A stretch of 64,000 nt of DNA from Methanobacteriota archaeon (GCA_963720465.1 OY970393.1:1088001-1152000), one strand, 5' to 3'; positions 10,781 to 21,382 are shown, counted from the stretch's first letter. Numbers and translations are program-made. The notes: a model not told the origin generated them from the letters alone.

Positions 10781-12045
10781 TGAAGTCTCCGCAGCACTGA
10801 CGCTGCGTGTCCAGGCAACCCCTCGATCTGGGCCAACGAACTGACGAGGTCCGCAAGGCTGCCCAGCCCGTCTTTCGATAGCACTTGAACGCTCGTCTTC
10901 TTAGTAAAGTGGTCGACGTTGAGCCCGCTGACGTACTTGGCGAACCCGCCGGTCGGCAACGTCGAGCTTGTCCCGGTGGCGTAATCACCGACAGCTGCGG
11001 GGGTATAGTCGCCCACACAGATCGTTCCGGCATTGCGGATCTTTCCCAAGACGCCAATCGGATCGCGCACCATGAGTTCGAGGTGCTCGGGAGCGAGGTC
11101 GTTGATGAACGAAACGCACGCGTCCACGCTGTCGCCCACGAGAACGGCGGTGTTGCTCAGATCAATGAGGTCCTTCCGGGCAGCTGCTTCTCGTTGCGCA
11201 ATGAGCTCCTTTTTTACCTCACGTGCGAGTTCCGCAGACGGAGTCAGCAGGAACCCGGATGATTTAGGGCCGTGTTCGAGTTGGGCGACGATATCAGCAG
11301 CGATATACTCAGGATTTCCTCCATCGGCAAGCACCGCTATCTCACTTGGGCCTGCAGGGAAGTCGATTTCCACCTCACTCTGCACGAGGAGCTTTGCGGC
11401 CGTTACGTACACGTTTCCCGGTCCGACAATCTTGTCCACCTTTGCGACGCTCTGTGTCCCATACGCCATTGCAGCGATCGCCTGCGCTCCCCCAATCTTA
11501 TAGACTGCGTTCGCACCTGCAATATCGGCAGCGAGGAGTGTCGCCACCGGCACGGTGCCGTCAGGCATGGGCGGAATACACACGACCACCTCGCGCACGC
11601 CGGCTACCTTAGCCGGCACGATATTCATGAGCGCCGTCGAGGGGTACAGCGCGAATCCTCCGGGCACGTAGGCGCCGATGCGATCGAGTGGCGTAGTCTT
11701 CTGCCCGAAGACAACTCCGGGAGCAACCTCGTGAAGCCACAAGTCACTTTGCACCTGTCGCATGTTGAACGACGTGATGTTGTCGGAAAGGTGGTACAAC
11801 GCGTCAATGACGTCCTGCGAAGCATTTTCGTACGCTGAGAGGAGCTCCCCCTCCGTTACTCGAAGGTCGACGATGTCGGCTTTGTCATATTCTAAGGTGT
11901 ATTGCATGACGGCGGTGTCGCCGTTTTCTTTGACCTCGTTAATGATTTTCTGGACGTGGCCCATAACCTCGCGCACGGCCGCACCGCGGTCGAGAAAACG
12001 GTCGAATTCGGCGTCAGTCACCTCGGATAAGCGTTTACAGATCAT
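10777..12045 (-). CDS. hisD: Histidinol dehydrogenase
   Basis: YVPGG, GGAQAIAAMAYG, GPGNVYV, PAGPSE, QLEH, APEHL, GDY, EGLPGH; ATGA overlap with aspS. Confidence 0.88.
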   Translation of the reverse strand: MICKRLSEVTDAEFDRFLDRGAAVREVMGHVQKIINEVKENGDTAVMQYTLEYDKADIVDLRVTEGELLSAYENASQDVIDALYHLSDNITSFNMRQVQSDLWLHEVAPGVVFGQKTTPLDRIGAYVPGGFALYPSTALMNIVPAKVAGVREVVVCIPPMPDGTVPVATLLAADIAGANAVYKIGGAQAIAAMAYGTQSVAKVDKIVGPGNVYVTAAKLLVQSEVEIDFPAGPSEIAVLADGGNPEYIAADIVAQLEHGPKSSGFLLTPSAELAREVKKELIAQREAAARKDLIDLSNTAVLVGDSVDACVSFINDLAPEHLELMVRDPIGVLGKIRNAGTICVGDYTPAAVGDYATGTSSTLPTGGFAKYVSGLNVDHFTKKTSVQVLSKDGLGSLADLVSSLAQIEGLPGHAASVLRRLQ

Positions 12046-12275
12046 GGCATCACAACCGATAGGACGCGACAGGGTATTAACCTTTATGGGTAAGCCTCGC
12101 ACGCCAATATTTACGCACAAGACTCATTTCGAAGTACTTAAATAGAAAGAAACGAGCATTACAAGCGCATGAGCAGAAAAGACCTGATGAGCGACATCGG
12201 GATGGCTCGCAAAGAGCTGAGCATCAACCGAGTGAAAAAGATAGTGAAGGTGTGCCTCACCATCACCCGAAAGTC

Positions 12276-13271
12276 TTACTGATCGACAATGGGCGCTTCG
12301 CGCCCGCATCCCGGACACTGTTTACCTTGTTTTTTGATCGCATAGCCCGTTCGTTCGACAATGACGGCGCCGCATTCAGGGCAGAACGTATTCTCGTGCT
12401 GGCTCGCAATGTTGCCTAGGTATATATAGCGCAGTCCGGCCCGTGCCGCGGCGCTATGCGCCCTTTCGAGCGTTTCTATGGGCGTTGCGGGACGGTCAAG
12501 CATACGCCAATCAGGATGGAAGCGCGAGAAGTGAACCGGCAGATCGCGGTCAACACCAGCCGCCCACTCGCTAAAAGCGGCGAGCTGTTCTTCATCATCG
12601 TTCAGTCCGGGAATAACGAGATACGTCAGTTCGAGGTGGATGCCGTGCTCGTGCATGCGCTCGCACGTTTTGAGCACGGGATCGAGGCGCGCCTTGCACA
12701 CGCCGTTGTAGAACCTCTTGCTGAAGCCCTTCACATCGACGTTTGCCGCGTCGAGATAAGGCCCAATCTTTTCGAGAGCTTGCGAAGTCATATAGCCATT
12801 GGTGACGTACACTGTGTACAAACCGGCTTCTTTAGCGAGGATCGCAGAATCGTACGTATACTCAAACCAGATCGTCGGCTCATTGTACGTCCACGCAATC
12901 CCGCGGCAGTTGCGCTCGAGAGCGAGCTGCACGGAACGTTCCGGAGGGATTTCCGTCGTGCCCAGCTCTCCGACTTCCGCGAAGGAGATGTCGTAGTTTT
13001 GGCAGTGCTCACATCTGAAGTTGCAACTCACCGACCCGAGCGAAAACACCTTTGATCCGGGGTAAAAATGATACAGTGGCTTCTTTTCGATCGGATCGAC
13101 GTTCATTGAGCTCACCTCCGCATAGATGAGGGTTTTGAGCTTACCGTCGAGATTCTGCCGCACGTGACAGATCCCCCTATCCCACTTCTTAATCTTGCAC
13201 TCGTGTGCGCACGCAAAACAGTGCGCGGCCTCGCTTTCGATAGGTTCCCACAACATCGCATCTTTTATCAC
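12276..13271 (-). CDS. amrS: AmmeMemoRadiSAM system radical SAM enzyme
   Basis: CFACAHEC..GICHVR, DPIEKKPLYHFYPG, CNFRCEHCQN, YNEP, HFSRFHP, TFCPECG. Confidence 0.9.
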   Translation of the reverse strand: MIKDAMLWEPIESEAAHCFACAHECKIKKWDRGICHVRQNLDGKLKTLIYAEVSSMNVDPIEKKPLYHFYPGSKVFSLGSVSCNFRCEHCQNYDISFAEVGELGTTEIPPERSVQLALERNCRGIAWTYNEPTIWFEYTYDSAILAKEAGLYTVYVTNGYMTSQALEKIGPYLDAANVDVKGFSKRFYNGVCKARLDPVLKTCERMHEHGIHLELTYLVIPGLNDDEEQLAAFSEWAAGVDRDLPVHFSRFHPDWRMLDRPATPIETLERAHSAAARAGLRYIYLGNIASQHENTFCPECGAVIVERTGYAIKKQGKQCPGCGREAPIVDQ

Positions 13272-13316
13272 GTTATGACCCTCGTGGCTTTTCAGGGAGT
13301 TTGCATCGTTTGATGA

Positions 13317-13464
13317 GATTTCCCGATCCTTTTCTGCAGCTCATTGCACACTACGATCGCGAGCATTGATTTTATCGCCTATGATGTAGGGATTTCCCGA
13401 TCCTTTTCTGCAGCTCATTGCACACTATGATCGCGAGCATTGATTTTATCGCCTATGATGTAGG
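13317..13464. repeat. Tandem direct repeat, 2 x 74 bp, one mismatch
   Basis: GATTTCCCGATCC...ATGATGTAGG at 13317-13390 and 13391-13464. Confidence 0.97.
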
Positions 13465-13527
13465 CGCGTGACAATGCGCGAGCGAGGGCGCATCAAGTGA
13501 AGTCTGCCAGACTGTAATGCGACTCGC

Positions 13528-14475
13528 CTAGCCAAACGCACGGAAGGTCACGATGTTCCGCGCGTAGGGGACGAGCTTGCGTAGTGACATGAGATGGGAC
13601 GTTTCAGCGTGACAATAAATGAGACAGTGCATGTCGCAGTGCAGCATCTGCTCACGGTCAGCTTGTGCCCGTTCTGAGGTCATAAGGGTCTGAAGGTCGT
13701 TTTCGAGGAGGTTGCCCAACTTCGTGCCGATCGGCATGCACGGGTAAATAATGTCGCCATTCGGCTCGATCATGATGCTAAGCGTTCGGCACGTGTACGG
13801 CTGGTCAAAACTCTCGATGTACGAGCGACTCGTTGTGAGCGTGTTCCCGTATTCGCGCTTCAGGCGCGTAACAACTTCGCGAAGCGCCATGAGATCCGGC
13901 GTGAGATCTTCAGTGCCATCAAAGTTGAACGCAGGCATAATGAGGATCTTGTGGCCGTGTGCGTGCACTTTTTCCACCTTTTCCTCGATCTTATCGAGAT
14001 CGTGCTTCGTTACGACTGTTTGCACCGTCGTCTTGATGCCGAGATCAGAGAAAAAGCCGAGCCGATCAAACATGTGCACGTTGTTGTGGCCCTCGTCAAT
14101 GGATAACTGCAGAAAATCGAAGTACCGTGCGTACTCTGCGAATGGTCGTCGATCGATAAGAAGTCCGTTGGTAGTAAACAGAATATAGTTCGAGCAGTCG
14201 TGGGTGTAGCGGAGAATTTCACCGATATCCTTGCGCAATAAGGGCTCTCCCCCTTCAAAGCTGATGGTAAAGGTGCTTGCTTGGGAAAGATTGTCGATGA
14301 CGGTGAACACGTCATTTGTACCAAGGTCAGGGATCTTATCTGCCCAGACGTTACAGAAGCCACACCGCAGGTTGCACCGGTGGGTGATCTTGAATGATGC
14401 GTAGAACGGATTGTCGAACTCGTTTCGGATGTAGTTCGAAAGATACCCTCTAAGGGCCCGCACATTTCTATTCAT
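13528..14475 (-). CDS. Radical SAM protein with twitch/SPASM-like C-terminus
   Basis: CNLRCGFC, GGEPLLR, TTNG, C..IEPNGDIIYPC..GNL..C...C...C. Confidence 0.88.
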   Translation of the reverse strand: MNRNVRALRGYLSNYIRNEFDNPFYASFKITHRCNLRCGFCNVWADKIPDLGTNDVFTVIDNLSQASTFTISFEGGEPLLRKDIGEILRYTHDCSNYILFTTNGLLIDRRPFAEYARYFDFLQLSIDEGHNNVHMFDRLGFFSDLGIKTTVQTVVTKHDLDKIEEKVEKVHAHGHKILIMPAFNFDGTEDLTPDLMALREVVTRLKREYGNTLTTSRSYIESFDQPYTCRTLSIMIEPNGDIIYPCMPIGTKLGNLLENDLQTLMTSERAQADREQMLHCDMHCLIYCHAETSHLMSLRKLVPYARNIVTFRAFG

Positions 14476-14550
14476 TGTGCCTCGCTACAGTTGCGTGACG
14501 GATGAATCCGTGACGGAGTGGCTGTCGTTGGTATCCGACGAGACACAGAT

Positions 14551-15210
14551 TCACTCCTCAAAGGGCGCGACGTAGCAGGATGCCTGCTTGCTGCTAATAA
14601 GCTTCTGTTCGTGAAAAAGGCGCGCTGTGAGGAGATACGTACCTTCTTCACTCGCGTAGAGCTCGCTTACGAATCGCTTCGTGCCGCCTTTTGCGATGAA
14701 GTCGATATCGATCACGTCCATGAGCGTGTGGGCTTTCGACGGGGGAGTTGCGGCGATCTCGAGCCGTAGATCCGACACGTCGCGGTGGGCGTGCACGACC
14801 GTTTCCGTCTCGATTGTTTCTTCGTATGCCCAGTAGGGCCGATTCACGAAGAAGGTCTGGATCTCAGCGGGATCCTCTACGAGTCGAACCTCCTGATCAG
14901 GCGAGTACCAGCTCACGAGAGCACCGTCGCGGTACGCCGTGACGTGCAGATAGACCCGTCCAGTGTGGTTCGCAAAAACCTGAAAGTTGAGCACTTCTGT
15001 GTCTTGAGGGGCCAACTCTTTCACGAAATGAAATGAGCCGCTTGGCAAAACGTCGAGATCGTACGAGTTGTAGGTATACAGCGTCGCGCTTACGTCGACG
15101 AGGCGCTCCGTTGATATGTTCCTCAGCTGGACGGTGATCCAGTGGCGCCCCCGGTCGAGCACCTCGGGCGTAACGGTTGCCTCGAAGGGATATTTGCGTC
15201 GTTCTTCCAT
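14551..15210 (-). CDS. Hypothetical beta-rich protein
   Basis: 219-aa ORF 11 bp downstream of hsp20; alternating strand-like pattern, no signal peptide. Confidence 0.7.
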   Translation of the reverse strand: MEERRKYPFEATVTPEVLDRGRHWITVQLRNISTERLVDVSATLYTYNSYDLDVLPSGSFHFVKELAPQDTEVLNFQVFANHTGRVYLHVTAYRDGALVSWYSPDQEVRLVEDPAEIQTFFVNRPYWAYEETIETETVVHAHRDVSDLRLEIAATPPSKAHTLMDVIDIDFIAKGGTKRFVSELYASEEGTYLLTARLFHEQKLISSKQASCYVAPFEE

Positions 15211-15221
15211 GACGCACCGGC

Positions 15222-15704
15222 CTACTTGACGTTCACTCGCGTTTTCTTTTCCACCTCAGTGGGCTCCTTCTTCGGGATTTTGACCTCGAGCACGCCGTTC
15301 TTGAACGTTGCCTCTGCCTTATCTGGAAGAACGTCGGCGGGGAGGTCGAGCATCCGGCGGTACGATGCGTAGCCTCGCTCGCGGTAGGTGTAATCCTCAT
15401 CCTTGCGTTCCGTTTCGGTGCTCGATTCAGCGCTGATCTCGATCCGTTCGGGGGTGAGGTTGATCTCAATATCCTCCTTCTGCACTCCGGGCATGTCTGC
15501 GACCACCTGGAGGGCGTCGCCAAGGTCAACCACGTCAACGCGTGGCTGTTTCAAAGCGGGCATCTGCGAGGGGAATACGCGCTCGAGGGTATCCTCCATG
15601 TTGGCGCGGAATGTGTCGAGCGTGCGACGCATCTCGGCGAAGGGGTCACGCATCCAGTAGTCCTTCGGCGTGATTCTCTTCTCTTCTTTCTTTTCGTCGG
15701 TCAT
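15222..15704 (-). CDS. Hsp20/alpha-crystallin small heat-shock protein
   Basis: PRVDV, ADMPGVQKEDI, RER, LPADV, ATFKNGVLEVKIPK. Confidence 0.95.
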   Translation of the reverse strand: MTDEKKEEKRITPKDYWMRDPFAEMRRTLDTFRANMEDTLERVFPSQMPALKQPRVDVVDLGDALQVVADMPGVQKEDIEINLTPERIEISAESSTETERKDEDYTYRERGYASYRRMLDLPADVLPDKAEATFKNGVLEVKIPKKEPTEVEKKTRVNVK

Positions 15705-15795
15705 AGTATCATCAAATTAAGTAGCGCACGCAAGGTAATAAAGCATATGCAAGGAAAAAACAGATCGCGAACTGGGGGCTTCACGAGGCAAACGG

Positions 15796-16536
15796 TTATC
15801 GCAGAAATAGGTCGAGGCCGTTTTGTACGCACGCCTTCTGCCCTCGATCGGCGTACCCCTCCAGGCTGAGTGCGTGGAAGACCCGTGCGACCGACAAGCA
15901 ATCCGATCGCTGCGCACTCATGTCGCTGTTTACGACAAACTTCGCTTCAGGATATTCTTTGATCAAATCCACCGCATCTTGCACCGATGCTTTACCTGGT
16001 TGGACGGTAATGCCGACGTACGTTCCCGCTTCAAGTGCAATATTGATCGTAGACAGATCGATGTGATCGATAACCACATCCTTGGCCCCAACGTCGTCAA
16101 CGATCGCGACGATTCGCTCGAGCGCTTCTCGCTTCCCGCGCCGCGGCGTATGGATGACTTTAGGGTAGTAATCGATCTCCAGCTGCGCGCGAAAAACCCG
16201 CTCCTCGACGTCCGTGCATCGCTCAAGACCGATCTCCCCGACGGCGACCACATCTGGGTGCGAGAGATATTCGGGGAGCGCTCGTAGCGTTTCGTCGACC
16301 TGGGCGTTTATAGAGCGCGGGTGGACCCCGAGACCAACGTGCACGTTGACACCATTTTCCGCGCCTCGGCGCACTTCTTCGTGCGCAAGCTTGTGAAAGT
16401 GGTCGAGCAACACGTCCGCGGTTGACATTCGCATCGGGTCGTGCGCGAGCGTGAGCACGTCAGTGACGCCGGCGACGCCCATTAATTCAAAGTCCTCATA
16501 CGGACGAGTGTCCATGTGGGCATGCGTATCAAACAC
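15796..16536 (-). CDS. TatD-family metal-dependent hydrolase
   Basis: DTHAH, GVHP, VGEIGL, IHTP, IDH, NSD. Confidence 0.9.
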   Translation of the reverse strand: MFDTHAHMDTRPYEDFELMGVAGVTDVLTLAHDPMRMSTADVLLDHFHKLAHEEVRRGAENGVNVHVGLGVHPRSINAQVDETLRALPEYLSHPDVVAVGEIGLERCTDVEERVFRAQLEIDYYPKVIHTPRRGKREALERIVAIVDDVGAKDVVIDHIDLSTINIALEAGTYVGITVQPGKASVQDAVDLIKEYPEAKFVVNSDMSAQRSDCLSVARVFHALSLEGYADRGQKACVQNGLDLFLR

Positions 16537-16656
16537 GAGTGCATGAGCGCGGTCTTAAGTCTTATGTGTTATGCACGAGCGTTCCGCGCGAGCCAGCGGG
16601 ACAATTTCACAAGCGTTGCCGTCTGAGAGGTTCAAACGGGCTACCTGAGCCAGAAG

Positions 16657-16672
16657 ACCGATAATTATAAAC
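16657..16672 (+). promoter_or_regulatory. BRE/TATA promoter of the ferredoxin gene
   Basis: ACCGATAATTATAAAC ending 30 nt before ATG 16703. Confidence 0.6.
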
Positions 16673-16702
16673 GTGAAGAGTAAGCAGCATAGTTAGCTGA
16701 CC

Positions 16703-16894
16703 ATGTTAGTACCCAAAATAGATGTCGAGCTTTGCGTCGGGTGTGGGGCGTGTGAAGACACGTGCCCCGACGTCTTTGAGCTCCAAGATGATGGATTATC
16801 ACACGTCGTCGACGCGGCTGCTTGCAGCGAGTGTGAGTGTCAAGAGGCTGCTGACAGCTGCCCGACTGAGGCCATCTCCTTTATCGAAGAGTGA
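16703..16894 (+). CDS. Ferredoxin (monocluster type)
   Basis: CVGCGACEDTCP...CQEAADSCPTEAI. Confidence 0.93.
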   Translation: MLVPKIDVELCVGCGACEDTCPDVFELQDDGLSHVVDAAACSECECQEAADSCPTEAISFIEE

Positions 16895-16930
16895 CCTCAC
16901 GTTCCCGCACGACGTCACAAATTTTTTTTG

Positions 16931-17305
16931 TCAATCCTCTAGGCGGATGCTGTTAGATTCCAGCAACACGGGCACCAAATCGCCGGCAAAGGGAATCCGC
17001 GGTGAGATTATAAGCCGTGCAGCTCCATATTTGTCACTACGCAGGCACCATCTTTTCGCGTTCGGGGTTATGGAAGGGGATAATCCTCCGTATCCCGTAT
17101 TTCCCCAAAAGTAGCCCACCGACGCGCCAAGAACCGACGCAGGAATCAGCACGAACAGAATGGTTAGCGGACTCGCGTTCTCTCTCAGCAGCAGCGCGAT
17201 TGTCGGCTCTGTGGGGATACGGAGCACCGATGAGGTAGCGCTGACGAGAAACAGTCCAAGCAAGCCGTAGTTAGTGATGAAAGGCAGCGGTAAGCACCCA
17301 GTCAC
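16931..17305 (-). pseudogene. Frameshifted DedA/VTT (YqaA-like) membrane protein
   Basis: YGLLGLFLVSA..SV..IPTE, ASVLGASVGY, then an out-of-frame stretch, then KYG...SPRIPFAGDLVPV. Confidence 0.65.
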
Positions 17306-17437
17306 TTTGATCGGTTACAACACTTCTACGCGTTTATAAAGAGGTATTGACGAGGACGCCCGGCCACACAGATTGCATTAGAGCCGTGACCGATAACAGC
17401 GCTTATATCAACGCGGCGCTATAGGTGTGAAGATAAC

Positions 17438-17809
17438 ATGGAAAACCAACGATATAAGCGCGGGATCGAAGCGCTGCGTAGGGTCAACGAGGAGGGCATC
17501 ACAAACCTCATTCAGAGTATGGACGATGTTGCGCCCGACCTTGCACGCTACGTTATTGAGTTTGCGTACGGAGATATCTATACCCGTCCCGGACTCCATA
17601 CGAAGCAGCGTGAACTATGCATCGTCGCCGCTCTCACCGCCCTCGGAAATCGAGAGGATCAACTTCGCGACCACATTCAAGCAGCTCTCAATGTCGGGTG
17701 CACGCGACAGGAGCTTGTCGAAACCATCCTCATGATGGCAGTCTATGCAGGCTTTCCGGCCGCGATCAAAGGAATGCAGATCGCACGCGAAATGTTGCTC
17801 CGTGAGTGA
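17438..17809 (+). CDS. Carboxymuconolactone decarboxylase family protein
   Basis: EFAYGDIYTRPGL, RELCIVAALTALG, HIQAALNVG, YAGFPAA. Confidence 0.93.
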   Translation: MENQRYKRGIEALRRVNEEGITNLIQSMDDVAPDLARYVIEFAYGDIYTRPGLHTKQRELCIVAALTALGNREDQLRDHIQAALNVGCTRQELVETILMMAVYAGFPAAIKGMQIAREMLLRE

Positions 17810-17947
17810 ATGGACCGACCAAGCAACGTCTTGTTAACGCCGTCCTGCCGCAGCCTTTTTTCCCAGAATAACGAAGCGGAGCGCGTTATGCGCATAGCCA
17901 CTTGACGGATCGTGAAGGACTGGCGACCGCAGCTAAGTCAAAAAAGA

Positions 17948-18022
17948 TGCTCCGGTTGGGATTTGAACCCAAGTCGAGGGAGTGAGAGTCCCTCATGATT
18001 GGCCGGACTACACTACCGGAGC
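17948..18022 (-). tRNA. tRNA-Glu (CTC), no intron, CCA not encoded
   Basis: GCTCCGG/CCGGAGC acceptor stem, AGGGA-CTCTCAC-TCCCT anticodon arm, GGTTCAAATCC T-arm; followed by a T-run. Confidence 0.97.
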
Positions 18023-18144
18023 CAGACTTTTACTATAACACACGGACTCTTAAGCTTTGCTGGCGGAGCGGAACGGTCATAAAATGGTCCAGTCGACCAG
18101 CAGATGGAACAGACATCTGCCCTGCGCGCGGTGCGCCGGCGCCG

Positions 18145-18918
18145 TCAGAGCGAGACCGCGTCGTTGAGAAAAGTATACTCTTTTCTGATCTGGTTGACCA
18201 CGGCAACGTCGATTACCGCGGTGATGATTGCTTCAGAGTTACCCGCGGCGACAAGCGTCTCCCCCCACGGGTCGGTAATCATGCTGCCGCCGAGAAAAGT
18301 CGTCGTTGGCACGGGGGTGCCTACTTGATTGGAGCCGATAAAGTAACACTGGTTTTCGATAGCTCGGGCCTTGTTTAGCGCGATCCAATGGTCAAGGCGC
18401 TGCGAAGGCCATGCCGCAGGGCAGACGATAATTTCAGCCCCCTTCTTGACCAGAGCCCGATAGAGCTCAGGAAAGCGAAGGTCATAACAGATCGAAAACC
18501 CGATGACACCGAGCTCTGTCGGCGCAACGACAACGTCCGTTCCTGCGATCAATGACCGTTTCTCCTTCGAATGATAGGAGAACAGATGAATCTTGCGATA
18601 CCGTGCGCAGATCGTGCCGCGTCTATCGATGAGCACGCTTGTGTTGAACATCCGCCCAGGCTCGTCCACCTCAAGCACGCTCCCCATCAGGATGTAGCTT
18701 CCCTTTTCGCGAGCAAGCCGCGTAAAGACTTTGGTTGTCGGCCCCGGAATGTGCTCTCCGGCTTTGAAATCTCTGCAGTGGGTGAACAGTTCTGGGAGAA
18801 CGATGAGGTCGGCATCCGTTTCGTCGATTAAGGCGACCGCGCGATCAACGTTTTCCGATCGCGTGCCGAGCGCACCCATCTGAATACACGCCACCTTGTA
18901 CCCCATATGATCCGCCAC
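18145..18918 (-). CDS. Carbon-nitrogen hydrolase (nitrilase family)
   Basis: LPELF, YRKIHLF, ICYDLRFPE, ARAIENQ, DPWG. Confidence 0.93.
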   Translation of the reverse strand: MADHMGYKVACIQMGALGTRSENVDRAVALIDETDADLIVLPELFTHCRDFKAGEHIPGPTTKVFTRLAREKGSYILMGSVLEVDEPGRMFNTSVLIDRRGTICARYRKIHLFSYHSKEKRSLIAGTDVVVAPTELGVIGFSICYDLRFPELYRALVKKGAEIIVCPAAWPSQRLDHWIALNKARAIENQCYFIGSNQVGTPVPTTTFLGGSMITDPWGETLVAAGNSEAIITAVIDVAVVNQIRKEYTFLNDAVSL

Positions 18919-19076
18919 TCGCGTGCGAAAATCTGACGTTCGCCTCGTGTCTCATAGCCTTCGAGGCATATAGCCTTACGGGCCAAACTTTCCCCTAGCG
19001 TTCGCGACGACCGATGGAACGCCTGAGGATGCGCGCGCAGGAAGATATTTCTATTCTCAGTCGGAACTAGAGGTAA

Positions 19077-19955
19077 ATGAAGCGGGAGCAAATTCTCATC
19101 GAAGCGTTGCCCTACATTCGTGAGTTTTACGGATCGTTCGTCGTCATTAAAATTGGTGGCCACGCGATGATCGACAAGCATCTCATGGAGGGCATCATCG
19201 AAGATATCGTGCTTTTGCGGTATGTCGGCATGCAGCCAGTGCTCGTCCACGGCGGTGGACCCGAGATCAGCGAGAAGATGGAGCGGATGGGTAAAAAACC
19301 CGAATTCGCCGCTGGCTTACGCGTCACCGACGAAGAGACACTAGAGATCGCCCGCATGGTTCTCATGGGGAACATCAACACGCGCCTCGTCGCGCTCATC
19401 GGCAAGCACGGCGGCAAAGGCGTCGGGTTGTCAGGGAAGGACGGACGCATGATCGCCGCGCGGAAAAAGGGCCCTCAGCGGGTGGTCTATGAAGGTATCG
19501 AGCAGGAGGTCGACCTCGGGTGGGTCGGCGAAACGGAAGTCATCAACCCAGAGATTCTAATGATCATGGCCGGGAAAGGGTATATCCCCGTGGTTGCCCC
19601 CATTGCGGTCGATAACGCGTGCCACAGTCTCAATCTCAACGCGGACACCGTCGCAGGAGATATTGCGGCAGCGCTTAAGGCCCGCAAGCTCATCGCGCTG
19701 ACTGACGTCAGCGGCATTCAACGCGACCAGAGCGATCCCGAAACGACCATCTCGCGCATGACGTTCGCAGAAGCGCAGCGCGCGATTGAGACAGGGAGCA
19801 TCAGCGGCGGAATGATCCCCAAAGTGCACGCGTGTATCAAGGCCCTCGAAGCGGGGGTGCAAAACGCGCACATCATCAACGGCAACGTCCATCACGCACT
19901 CCTGCTCGAGCTGTTCACAGACAAAGGCATCGGAACGATGATAGTGAGGGGGTAG
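19077..19955 (+). CDS. argB: Acetylglutamate kinase
   Basis: EALPYI, IKIGG, VHGGGPEI, GLRVTD, NLNAD, GGMIPKV, LLELFTDKGIGT. Confidence 0.96.
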   Translation: MKREQILIEALPYIREFYGSFVVIKIGGHAMIDKHLMEGIIEDIVLLRYVGMQPVLVHGGGPEISEKMERMGKKPEFAAGLRVTDEETLEIARMVLMGNINTRLVALIGKHGGKGVGLSGKDGRMIAARKKGPQRVVYEGIEQEVDLGWVGETEVINPEILMIMAGKGYIPVVAPIAVDNACHSLNLNADTVAGDIAAALKARKLIALTDVSGIQRDQSDPETTISRMTFAEAQRAIETGSISGGMIPKVHACIKALEAGVQNAHIINGNVHHALLLELFTDKGIGTMIVRG

Positions 19956-20000
19956 GCCACGCGACCACCGCATCGGCGCTGGCACGCTGGGAACGTGCAC

Positions 20001-21224
20001 ATGAGAACGATTCGCGAAGTAGAGTTGCAGGGACACATTATTGACTCACTCACCCTGACGCGGGTGCTCGACAAGATCATGGATCTTGACGGTGAGTTCG
20101 AGATCATCAGCTTCAAGATCGGTGAGCACAAGAGCGACCCGAGCTACGTCAGGCTGGCGGTCAAGGGACGCGACGAGGCACATCTTGACGCGATCCTGAG
20201 CGATCTTCACCGCCTCGGTGCCCAGGTTCCAGAGATCGAAGACGTCCGTTTTGGAGCCGCCGACAAGGACAAAGTCGTCCCGAAAGGGTTCTATTCGACG
20301 ACGAACCATCCCACTTTTATTCACCACCGCGGCGCGTGGATTCCCGTAGAGGATATCGAGATGGACTGCACGATCGTCGTTCGCGACGACCGGGCGCGGT
20401 GCACACCGCTCCACCTAGTGGTGAAGGGGGACCAGATCGTGCTCGGCCAGCGTGGTGTCCGTGTTGTTCCCCCTGAGCGACCGCGTACTCGCTCCCTTTT
20501 TGAGTTTATGGGCGGGGCCGTATCCTCTGAGCGCCCTTCAGCGACGCTCATACGCCAAATTGCCGTGGAAATGGTACAAGCTAAGGTGCAAGGCAAGGAG
20601 ATCGCCGTCGTTGCAGGCCCCGCAGTATCACACACCGGCGCTGCCGTGGCGCTGTCGAAAATTATACGCCGCGGGTACGTCGATGCACTTCTCGCCGGCA
20701 ATGCGCTCGCAGTCCACGACATCGAGCGTGATCTGTACGGAACATCGCTCGGCCTCGACATCAAGACAGCCGAACTAGTCAGTGAGGGGCACAAGCACCA
20801 CCTCTATGCCATAAGTGAGGTGATCCGCTCCGGGTCGATTGCAGCTGCGGTGCGCCAGGGGCTCATCAGAAGTGGCGTCATGTACGAATGCGTGGTCAAT
20901 AGCGTGCCGTTCGTGCTTGCTGGGTCCATCCGTGATGATGGCCCGTTGCCCGAAGTCATTACGGACACGATGGCGGCTCAGGATGCCATGCGAGAGCTTC
21001 TGAAAAATGCTGACCTCGTGCTTATGATGGCCACCATGCTGCACTCAATCGCCGTTGGGAACATGCTACCCTCGTACGTCAAGACAATTTGCGTCGACAT
21101 TAATCCCGCTACCGTGACCAAGCTCATAGATCGGGGCACGGCACAGGCGATTGGCATCGTTACCGACGTCGGAACCTTCTTGCCCACGCTTGCAGCAGAG
21201 CTTGAGACGATCGACGTCGAGTAG
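20001..21224 (+). CDS. TIGR00300 family protein (LOR/SDH-domain, ornithine cyclodeaminase-type)
   Basis: [59 protein letters not shown]. Confidence 0.88.
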   Translation: MRTIREVELQGHIIDSLTLTRVLDKIMDLDGEFEIISFKIGEHKSDPSYVRLAVKGRDEAHLDAILSDLHRLGAQVPEIEDVRFGAADKDKVVPKGFYSTTNHPTFIHHRGAWIPVEDIEMDCTIVVRDDRARCTPLHLVVKGDQIVLGQRGVRVVPPERPRTRSLFEFMGGAVSSERPSATLIRQIAVEMVQAKVQGKEIAVVAGPAVSHTGAAVALSKIIRRGYVDALLAGNALAVHDIERDLYGTSLGLDIKTAELVSEGHKHHLYAISEVIRSGSIAAAVRQGLIRSGVMYECVVNSVPFVLAGSIRDDGPLPEVITDTMAAQDAMRELLKNADLVLMMATMLHSIAVGNMLPSYVKTICVDINPATVTKLIDRGTAQAIGIVTDVGTFLPTLAAELETIDVE

Positions 21225-21226
21225 GA

Positions 21227-21235
21227 TTTTTTTTT
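21227..21235 (+). terminator. Oligo-T archaeal terminator
   Basis: T9 run directly after the TIGR00300 stop codon. Confidence 0.55.
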
Positions 21236-21382
21236 AGAAGGAGCGTTACCTGCCCGCGTTATGATACCCGCTCGCTTGCCGCTACCTCCATTTGTTACAA
21301 GCGTCGACCGAGCCGTACCTCCAGCTGAGCACCCTAAAGAGAAGGATGCAGAACCGCAATTCCCCCACCGAGCCGCGCAGCG

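Noticed and set aside
13317-13464. CRISPR array
   Set aside because: Only two adjacent 74-bp units, no spacers and no cas genes
17386-17413. ATAA-N6-TTAT as a second dif-like site
   Set aside because: Outer arms do not pair, and TTATAT sits 30 nt before the ATG at 17438, so an ordinary promoter explains it
17948-18022. tRNA-Glu as an integration site for the island
   Set aside because: No duplicate of its 3' end was seen in the window, and ordinary genes flank it
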